Below, in pieces: positions 11,563 to 21,533 of a stretch of DNA of 31,781 nucleotides. The notes under the pieces were generated by a model. That model was not told the DNA's origin, made no database searches, and was given only the letters and a program-made list of their open reading frames with translations. Numbering within the stretch: the first letter of the stretch is position 1; each line of letters starts with the position of its first letter. The translations under genes were made by a program, and so were the position numbers. Source of the DNA: Vitrella brassicaformis CCMP3155 (taxonomy: Eukaryota > Protista > Chromerida); the NCBI GenBank assembly GCA_001179505.1, contig CDMY01000678.1, forward strand, positions 1-31,781, written 5' to 3'.

Positions 11563-12430
11563 TGTGTGTGGCGTGGTGTGGTGTAGGCGTATGAATCGGT
11601 AGCTCGTGTGTTGGCGCAGCTCATGGTGGTCGGCCGCTACATCGACTTTGGTGACGGCAGCCGCCTGCAGATCTTCCGCCATGCCAATGGTGAGGTGCGG
11701 GCCATCAGGGACGAGCCCGGCTTCCGGCTGGAGGTCAAGCCGCCCCTCCCTGCCGGCCATCTGTATCAGCGGCATCGACTACAGCATGACCCACCAGTGC
11801 GGAGCGGCATCTTCTACTCTGACGTTTTTGGCAGATGGGGGTCGAGCGGTCTCCAGACCACCGACGCGTCAGTATCGTTATTCGCCAAGCACATGATCCT
11901 CGGCCACTTCTATGGGACTCACCAGACCAATGACACAGTGAATGTGCTTAACAGGTAGCACACCAATGACACGAGTGGGCAAAGGGGTGCGTGTTTGATT
12001 GTGTTTGATTGTGTGTGTGTGTGTGTGGTTGGTTCAGGTATGTTGGTGGCGGCCGTCTGGATGGCCTCCTCACTCAGTCGCCCCACACACCGGTGGCCGG
12101 ATGCACTACCACATTCAGCTGTGACGGTGGTGTGCGGTTTCTGGTGCTGACCGACAGCAGCCACGACTTCGTCGCATGGATTTTCATTTTGGATTTGGCG
12201 GACGGCACCGGTCAGGCCGACAGACAGGCAGCTCTGCTGGCCGACCAAATGTCATGTATCGTTCTCTCTGTCATTGTCTGTCTGCAGTGAATGTGTGTGT
12301 CGTAACGACCGAGGCGCCTGCGGCTCGTGCGAGTAAGGATGCGCCCTTCAAGGACCGCTATCCGGTGACAACTCAGCTGGCCGTGTGGCGCTGGGGCGAG
12401 TGGCGCCGTACGTCTTCGACGGCCAAGTAG
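10041..12430 (+). CDS. Chimeric gene: degenerate, internally deleted cyclin fold fused to lineage-specific family domain (copy B). Ends at 12430 as sequenced, or at 13281 if a 1-nt deletion at ~12382 is corrected
   Basis: In-frame exons 10041-10055, 10140-10170, 10249-10442, 10530-10643, 10718-10828, 10911-11012, 11101-11475, 11587-11954, 12038-12210, 12288-. Cyclin-like strings QRAVLVDGMV, LAKYLMFLSM, LLAATAVYIIRK, WSAALVAESSVSESAL. From 11101 onward it is paralogous to copies A and C. Confidence 0.7.
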
Positions 12431-12544
12431 ACGATGACAGCGACGATGACGGCGGTGCGGTCAGGGGGAGGGGACACACACATGGTGGCCAGGATGGATG
12501 GATGGATGGCATTTCATCTCTCTCTGTCTTTGTGTGTGGTGTAG

Positions 12545-13281
12545 ATTCCGACGGCCATGGCGGCGGCTGGGATGATATGGATGACGACAGCAACGGAGAG
12601 GGCAGCGGAGGTGCACACGAGGGGGAGGGACACACAGCACACTTCACAGATGCCCTGATGTCAATCCGCATCAGCCGAAGAGGACAACAACGAGGGTGAC
12701 GGCGACAACCATGACGACGACAGCGATAGTGGTGGCGGTACTCACAGACAGAGGGAGGGGCGCACACAGTCGTGAAGCGATGGCTAATGGGCCTTCTCTA
12801 TGTGTGTGGTGCAGACGGCAATGGTGGCAATGAGAGTGACGGGATGGACGACGGCAGCGGAGGTGCACACGAAGAAGATGACTCACGGCACTTCGCGTCA
12901 AACACATGTATGTGTGCGGTGGCTGCAGGGGCGCCATATGTCTTCGACGGACGAGTAGACAATGACAGCTATGATGACGACACTGACGATGGTACGACAG
13001 ACAGAGGGAGGCGGCAAGGAGAGACGTGGGTGTGTGACGGGCCCTTTGTGTGTGGTGCAGACGGCCACCATGGCGGTGGCTGTGACGATATGGACGTCGA
13101 CAGCGGAGGTGCACATGAAGGAAGGAAGGAACGCACACACACCACACCACACGGCCTAATGCCCGTCGCCATCACACAGCTATGCGTGTGTGTGTGGGTG
13201 TGTGTGGGTGTGGCAGGAGAGGATGCACCAGCCGAGGAGGACAACCAAGACGGCGGCGGTGACGGCAATGCATCGCCCTGA
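12545..13281 (+). CDS. Six Asp/Gly-rich mini-exons forming the acidic tail of the chimeric gene
   Basis: Exons 12545-12610, 12675-12737, 12815-12862, 12929-12991, 13061-13108 (66, 63, 48, 63, 48 nt, all phase 1-1) and terminal 13217-13281. They are mutually similar and open in a single frame. Confidence 0.6.
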
Positions 13282-13610
13282 CGACACACACAGAGACCGA
13301 TCTCAATACCCACTGGTGCGCCACAGACACACTGCAATGTGATCGGCTGGTGCCATGCCTCCCTCTCTGTCTGTGTGTGTGTGTGTGTGTGTGTGTTGTG
13401 GCCTCAGGAGGGTGGTGGAGTGCTGTCTGCCGTCCTCTCTGTCTGTAGCCTGCTGACCGGTGTAGATCACTGCTGATGTCGACGCACGAATGGCTGTGTG
13501 TGTGTCAATGCCTCCGGTGGGTGTGTGGGTCGCTCTCTCTCTCTCTCTCTCTCTATCTCTGCCTGTGTGCTGTCGATTTGTATTGGCCTAGCTGGGTGGG
13601 CGGACGTCCT

Positions 13611-13642
<32 letters not shown>

Positions 13643-13936
13643 TGGTGTCTGTGTGTCTGTGTGTGTGTGTGAATGCATTTCATTGCACCGCTCTCGCGTC
13701 CGTCTGATGAATGATGCGCGTGTTGATCAATCAATGCATCACACAGAAATTGGTGAAATGAAAGCAATCGCCAACCAGATCCCACGTCATGGCACTGGCA
13801 GGCATTCGCAACACTCACACGCACTTCAAGCTCTCTCTTCTCGCCATCGGGGAGCAATGAATTCGATCATTCGTGAGTCATTGCGAGCTTCAATAACGGC
13901 GATTCCATGGCGTAGAAAGTAGCCTTTGCGAGTGCG

Positions 13937-15306
13937 ATGGGTGCGGTCAACAGCAAGAGCACCGACGAGGCATCGCCCGCCATCAACGGCCAGGTGCTCG
14001 ACGTCGTCTATCGGGACGAGCGCGATGAGCTGCACAACGTCAAGGACCTCGGCCACATCAGGAGGTCGGCCCTGTTCTTCAGCAAGGTCGACTTCCCTGC
14101 CCAGATCCTCCGCAATCGCCTCGACCGCTCGCTGCATCGCATTCGCCTCGCTGACGGCACGCGGCTGGCTGCCGTGCTGACCTTCGACGCCCAGACGGTG
14201 TCTGAAGCGCGTGAGCTGCTGGCGGCCGTGTGGCTGGTGGAAGAGCAGAAGTGGGACGAGGTGGCTGAGGTGCTGCAGTGGGCCAGTGAGTGTGGCTGCT
14301 GCACACTGCCCCTCAACCTCACGGCAGATGACATCAACACACACGCAAACAAGACGGTAAGGCACACACACAGAGGGGCGGGGAGAGATAACAGAGAGGC
14401 CTCATTCCTCTCTCTCTCTCTCTGTGGCTGTCTGTCTGTCCATTCCTCTCTCTGTCTGTCCGTGTGTGTGTGGTGTGGTGTAGGCATATGGATCGTTTCC
14501 CCGTGTGTTGGCGCAGCTGATGGTGGTCGGCCGCCACATCGACTTCGGTGACAGCTGCCTGCAGATTTTCCGCCATGCCAATGGTGAGGTGCGGGCCATC
14601 AAGGACGAGCCCGGCTACCAGGTGGACGTCAACCCGCCCGTCGCCGCCCACCATCTGTATCAGCAGCACCGACTACAGCATGACCCACCAGTGCGGAGCT
14701 GGATCAACTACCGTAGCATTAGCGGCGGATGGGCGTCGATCATCCCGACCATTGATGCGTCGGTGTCGTCCTTTGCGAAGCGCACGATCGTCAACCACTT
14801 CTACTGGACTCACCAGATCAGTAGCACATCGATAGCACTCAACAGGTGACACATCAATGACACCAGTGGCGAGAGGGGTGCGTGTTTGATTGTGTGTGTG
14901 TCTGGTTGGTTCAGGCGTGTTGGTGGCGGCCGTCTGGATGGCCTCCTCAACCAGTCGCCCCACACACCAGTGGCCGAATGCACCACAACACTCAGCCGAG
15001 ACGGCTGGGACGGTGGTGTGCGATGGCTGGTGCTGACCAACGGCAGCCACGACTTCGTTGCATGGATTGTCATTTTGGATTGTGGGGACGGCACCGGTCA
15101 GGCCGAGAGACAGGCAGCTCTACTGATCAAATGTCATGTGTTGTTGTCGTCTGTCTGCAGTGTGGGTTAGTGTTCGGACCTCCGAGGCACCTGCGGCTGG
15201 TATGAGTGAGGGTGCGCCCTTCAAGTGTCGCTTCGCCGTGACCACTCAGCTGGCTCGAGTGGCGCTGGGGCGAGTGGCGCCATTCGTGTTCGACGGGCAG
15301 GTATAA
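13937..15306 (+). CDS. Lineage-specific family member, copy C, ~369 aa, with N-terminal MGAVNSK myristoylation-type motif
   Basis: Exons 13937-14356, 14484-14845, 14915-15096, 15161-15306 join in frame and end in QLARVALGRVAPFVFDGQV*. Same three intron positions as copy B. Confidence 0.85.
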
Positions 15307-16018
15307 GACCCGTAGGATGGGGATGGCGAGTGAAGATGGTACGCATATGAGGGGCACGTCCACTGGTAGATGATATGGTGTTTTGGTTTATGGTGGTGGT
15401 TTGATGGGTCGATTCGGAGTGCGTGGCCTCTCTCTGTGTTTGATTGACAAGTAAGCACTCGTCTGGCTGGAGATTGAATGGTGTATGAGTGCTGACGAGG
15501 TCAATGCCGTATGTGCCACCCTTCCACAGTGCAACTTGAAGACGTGATTTGAATTACTGACCCACCCGCCCCCACCACACACATGTAGACCCACCGTCCA
15601 TCCATCCATCCATCGGTCTATTCTCCCTCAATGCAGCAGCGCAGCCTCCCTCACCTTTGACACCTGAAAAACCGAATGCACTCTTCCTTCCTTCTCATAC
15701 AGACATGTCAGCCAGCTGTGGAAAAACACTCACTGTGGGAAGGGACGAGAGAGCAAATGGGCAGCCCAATAACAAACAGTACACCACACACCACAGCACC
15801 CCCCTCCCTCCCTCCCCCTCCCCCTCCCTCCATCCCTTGACACGACAAAGAAACCGTGAATGACTTTATTCATTCATTCATCCACTCATTTATCCGCGAC
15901 GCCTCCCCGTCTCTATATCTCCACCGATCCATCTTCATTCGTCAGACCACCCATCCACCCACTGCCCGTCAGCCAAAGCAACGCAACGCAACGCACGACA
16001 ACGCCATGAGTCGGTCAG

Positions 16019-16425
16019 TCAGTCGCTCATGTCCTCCATCGCGGCCTTCTCGATCTTGCTGGCCTTCTTGTGGAGGCTCTTGGGGACCGCGGGCACGGGA
16101 GACAACGGAGCCATCGTGCACCTACACACACACACATTCCCACGTGTTGCGTATGGCGGGGGGGGAAGGGTGGCATCTCACCTATAGAAGAGCACGTAAG
16201 GCCTGTCGTCTCTCTTGGTGGAGGATGCGATGTCGTCGATCATGGTCTCGTCGACGGGCGTCACTTGGGAGTCGTCGAAACAGTACCACTTGCGCCGCTT
16301 GTCCTTCTTGTTCCCCACCTCTGAACGACTCCCAATCGTGTAGTAGTGGCCAGAGTTGGCCGTCGCACCCTACACCCACAGACACAGACACAGACAGAAG
16401 GAGACCGAGGTTAAGATCCACACGC

Positions 16426-16462
<37 letters not shown>

Positions 16463-18042
16463 TCGCTGTCTCTGTGTGTGTGTGCGCGCGTGCGTGTGTG
16501 TCTCTTTGNNNNNNNNNNNNNNNNNNNNNNNNNNNNNNNNNNNNNNNNNNNNNNNNNNNNNNNNNNNNNNNNNNNNNNNNNNNNNNNNNNNNNNNNNNNN
16601 NNNNNNNNNNNNNNNNNNNNNNNNNNNNNNNNNNNNNNNNNNNNNNNNNNNNNNNNNNNNNNNNNNNNNNNNNNNNNNNNNNNNNNNNNNNNNNNNNNNN
16701 NNNNNNNNNNNNNNNNNNNNNNNNNNNNNNNNNNNNNNNNNNNNNNNNNNNNNNNNNNNNNNNNNNNNNNNNNNNNNNNNNNNNNNNNNNNNNNNNNNNN
16801 NNNNNNNNACACTCACCGAGTGAATGATGGCCGCATAAAGGTCATAGACGAAGCCGCACACCGTGACGGTCTTGTCGATGGGCACCGGGGTCTTCTCCTT
16901 GTTGCGCTGTCCGGTGGAGAGGTCCCACGAGAAGCGGTTGAGGCAGAGGAAGAGGTGCGCCGGGGGTGAGAGGATCTCGACCCACTTGGTGGCCTTCTGC
17001 TTCTTGCCGCACTTGTCGCACGAGTAGGCATTGTCGCCGCTCAGCTCCTCCTTGCTCGTGTAGTCGCTGAACAGCTTCTGGACCGACAGCCTCTTGCGAT
17101 CTGTTGGTTGGTCGGCACACAGACAGACAGACAGATGAAATGCAGCCATGTGTGTGCTGTGTCCATGTGTGTCAGGTGCCTGCCTTTCTTTGGCATGTCG
17201 TCGAACTCCTTCTCGGTCGGCACCGGGAAGCCGATGTCGTGGATGGTCTCCTGCCGCTCGCTGACCTTGCCGCACCCCTTGCACTTGACCTTGGTCACGA
17301 TCTGACCCGCAAACACACCCCTGATCAACTTCTGCACACACACACACACACACGGGGATGGATGGATGCACAGAGAGAGAGAGAGAGAGAGGGAGAGAGG
17401 GGGAGAGGGAGGGGGTACCTGCTCATGGCCGCCCAGTGCGGCGAATATGTATCTGCCAGCCTCTGTCACGTCCTGCTGCTCGCCAGCGGCATAGAAGTCG
17501 GGGAGCGTCTTGATCACGCCGCTCGCGTCAAGGTACGTCCTGCACACACCACACACACATGAATGGATGGATGGATGGATGTGGGTCGGTGCGCATGGGA
17601 ACCAACCGTTTGGTGATGAGGAACTGTGCGATGAGCATCTTGACTGCGTCGAGCATCTTGGGGTTGAGCTCCTCGTGGCCCTTCTGCCCCACCTTCTTGA
17701 GCTGGAAGTGGAAGACGTTGCTGCTGAAGAGGTCCGTCAGATGCAGACACTGCAGGTAGCTGTTCAGGTAACACGCTGATCGACCCCCCAGACACCACAC
17801 ACCACACACATCCATCCATCCCTCCCCTGCTCTCTGCTGCTTACTGTTGCCCATGTTCTGCAGCCCGCATCGTGGCTTGGGGAATTTGACCTCCACACAG
17901 CCGCCAGGGCTGCGCGGCAGCTGCCACACGGGCATGATCTGCTTGGTGGAGGGAGGGGGCGAGGGGGCCTGGGGCAAATTGCCACCGCCACCACCAGGGC
18001 CGCCGAAGCCGTGATTGGGAGAGCCAAACTGACACACACGCG

Positions 18043-18078
<36 letters not shown>

Positions 18079-18975
18079 TGGAAGGACGTGTGTGTTGGTG
18101 CTGCATCGGTGTGGCATGCTTGACACACCTGTTGTCCATGGAGATCCGCTGGTGGTGGCAGGTTTATCGGCGCTTGGTTGAGCGACCCAAAGGATGCATA
18201 CGACGGCGTGGGCGACGGTATCCGACGGTGGTCTGATACACACCGCAAAGACACACACACACACACACAACCACACACAACCACATCGAAGGTGTCCATG
18301 CCCCTCTCCCCCCCTCCCAAACCCACCTTCCAAACAAGGAGGCGGCAAGAAGTGGTGCGGCTGGTTCAGAATCCCACCACCACCAACCAGCGGCGCGTCC
18401 TGCATGGACGACACGTGGCTCATGGCCGTGGTGCCTCGTGAGATGTTGCGCGAGACGGGCAGCACGTTGGCGCTCATGTGGTTGAAGCGGGGGAAGTCGG
18501 GCGAGGCTGGACGGGGGAAGATGTGTGTGTGGGAGGCTGGGGGCGAGGGGGAGTGGGAGTGGGCCCGAGACGGGTGCAGCCAGGGGTTGGCCGATGCTGC
18601 CACACACAACCACACACACACACACAACCACACACACAACCACATGCTTGTGGTGGATGGAATGGACCCCTTCCCCCCTCTCTCTCTCTCTCTCTCTTGT
18701 CGTGGTCGTTGTGGGTATGTGCCTACCTCCCTGCATGGCACCGAACTGTGTGGCGAGTTTGCCTCTGCCCTCGGTGTCACTGGGGACGTTGTAGCTGTTG
18801 TGGTTGCTTGGCGGCTGCTGCGGCTGCTGTGGAAGGGGTGAAGTGGGGGGTGTGGCGTCATTGAGTGTGACGTATGGGAGGTCCTGGTTGGACAGCAGGT
18901 GGGGCTTCACGTTGAGGGGGGGAACCGGGATGGGGAAGCTTATCCTGCGGCTGTACGTGACCACAGAACACACAG

Positions 18976-19009
<34 letters not shown>

Positions 19010-21495
19010 GGAGAAACTATATACGTGTTGCTGCAAATGTGTGTTCGTTACTCTGCTCTGTCCTGCCCTGGCTTACTCTGGGTGTTTGTGCAGCCATTCC
19101 CGCAGCGCCGGGTTGGCCGTCTGTGTGGTCATCGGCAGGTGGCCACCCGCAGCACCAGCACGCCCACTCTCACCTGCACACCCACCATCCCATCCACACA
19201 ACGGTATGTGTGTTGTGGATCGTCCCTCACGCACCCACCGCACTTGTGGCATGGTGCCTTCTGCGTGTGCCGGTGTCGACGACCATCGGCCATCTGCTCT
19301 CCATCTGCCGCACCTGAGTGCCCCTCTCCCTCTGAATGCGCTCCAGCTTCGCCGCGCGCTCCGCGTCGATCCTCTGGCGCTCTTCCAGGCTTCGCTGCTG
19401 CGCCAGTGCGGCCTCCTGCAGACAGACAGGTGAGTGAGATTGTGGGTGGGGGGTGTCAAGAATGGGGTGTGTGTGGCAAGGGTGGGGCTCTGTGGCTTGT
19501 GTGTCTTGTGTACTTGCCTGTCTCTGTTTGATGAGTTGTCTCTCCTTGTCTGATTTGTCCTTTGCGACTTCGATGTATGTGAGGAGGTCGGCCAGGAGGG
19601 TGGTGATGTACTCGGGCACGGTGCCGCTCGCGCGCCAAAGGAAACGCAGCTGAAGGATGGGAGGGGGAGGGGTGGGCAATGATATAAGAAACAATAAGTG
19701 ACCCCCACACACACATGAAAGGCGGGTGGTGTGTTGTCATGTGCTGACCTTTTTGAGGAAGGGGATGAGCGATTGGACGGCGTGGAAGGACTCCTGCACC
19801 TTCAAAACTGCACACATGCAGCAGAAACACACACACACACAAGACGTACCAACAGACGTCGTACATGCTCGTGTGTAAGTGGCTCATGTGGTGTGTGTGT
19901 CTAGTCGACGTGGGCACATACAGGGATATGGCCCCGTGGCCAGAATGAAGGTCAGCAGCTGCAGGGCGTCCTTCGCGTTCAACAAAATCTGACCCACCAC
20001 ACACACACACAGAGCCGATGCACACCATACCAATCACCACACACCCACCCTTTGTACTCGACTCACCGTCGCCTTTGCCGCCACCACTCTGAGTGCACAC
20101 TCCACCAGCGCATATCGCGCTCTCGCGTCATGCACCACGGCAGCGACCGCCCTCTCCCTCTCCCTGTCCGTATCCCCTCCCCCTCTCCCAGCAGCAGCAG
20201 CAGCAGCAGCGGCGACAGCCGCTCTCTCCCTCTCCCTCTTCTGCCCTCCACCGAAATCGTCACCGAAAAGGTCATCCACACCCTCTTCGATCGCTGCTGG
20301 TGGTGGTGGTGGGTGTTGGGCGGGGGTAATGGTGGGGTGTATGATCTCGTTGGACTCGGTCAGTGCGAGTTTGCGGACGCCGAGCTTGAGGAAGACCTTG
20401 ATGAGAATCGACATGAAGATGTACAGGCTGCACGCCTCCTGACCCTTGGCGCGGCGCATCTCTTTTGTCCACATACACACACACACATACACACACACAC
20501 AGAGAGAGAGAGAGAGATGCAGATAAAGGCGTGTGTGTGTGTGTGTGTGCGCGTGTGTGTGGGATACCGTCAAGGTAGGTGGGATTGGGCTCGGGCTCCC
20601 ATGCGTGTGCCGTGAGTGCGATCCAGAGGGTGAGGAGGTGCTCGGCGAAGTAGTCGCTGTGCCTGAGCAGCGGATACACCACCTTGCACGACAGCTCATC
20701 GCGCGGCGTGTCCAGCTGCACACACTCATCCCAGACACGCACCAGACAGAGCCTTGTGTGCGTGATGGTGCTGGGCTGAGCTGAGCTGACCAGCAGTAGG
20801 ACGTGCTGCAGGTCTCGTGAGCAGCCGCCTTCGTAGAAGTAGATGGTCTCGAGGAAGTGCTGCAGGATCACCATGTCGGCCTCGTACATGTCCCGCTCGC
20901 CGTTCTGGGTCGCCTCACGTCTATCGCAACGCACAGCACAGCGACACACATACAACCAGACAGAGAGGGAGAGAGAGATGACGCTCCCCTGATTGCGGCC
21001 TTCCCTCCCTCCCTCCCTCCCTTTGTGTGTGTGTGTGTGTGTCTTTGTGTGTGTGTGTGTTCTCACTTGACGGCCTGGAACAGAAGTTTCTTGGACGACG
21101 ATGGCGCACGAGCGTTCGCCAGCCAGTGAAACAGATACTGAGGAACAAAAAGGAGATAACCAGCCATCCCTCCCTCCCTCTTTCCTCCCTCCCTCAACGC
21201 AAGACGTACCTCCATGACATTTGGCATCGGCTTTGCAGGCCGTGTGGAGGGTATCTTGAACCATATCTTGAGCAGCCAGTCGCGCAGGCTGCTCGGCGGC
21301 AGCTCCCGGCCGTCACCCACCTTGGCGCGCTTCATGCACAGCCGAAGCAGCACCGCCGCCTCAGCGGCACCCACATCCACTGGGGGCTGCTGCTGCTGCT
21401 GCTGCTTTTGTTGGCTGGCAGTGGGGCTCTGTGTGGGTGAGCAGTGCTGGGCTTTGTAGGACAGAAACAGGTAGAGGAAGAAGCCTGCGCAAACA

Positions 21496-21533
<38 letters not shown>

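Noticed and set aside
11955-11958. Apparent stop codons ending ORFs 11608-11958 and 14505-14849
   Set aside because: Both are AG|GT splice donors (AACAG|GTAGCA and AACAG|GTGACA). Coding continues in conserved downstream exons in both paralogues.
12400-13281. CRISPR-like or transposon reading of the spaced repeats
   Set aside because: The units are degenerate, bounded by AG/GT splice signals and in frame, so they are duplicated exons in a eukaryotic gene.
16356-16969. ORFs spanning the N gaps (also 26387-26942)
   Set aside because: Artefacts of translating N runs.
19025-19030. Possible 6-nt micro-exon (CAG|CAACAC|GTATAT) in the USP gene
   Set aside because: Frame-compatible, but it needs a 46-nt upstream intron. 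A single 126-nt intron explains the region equally well.
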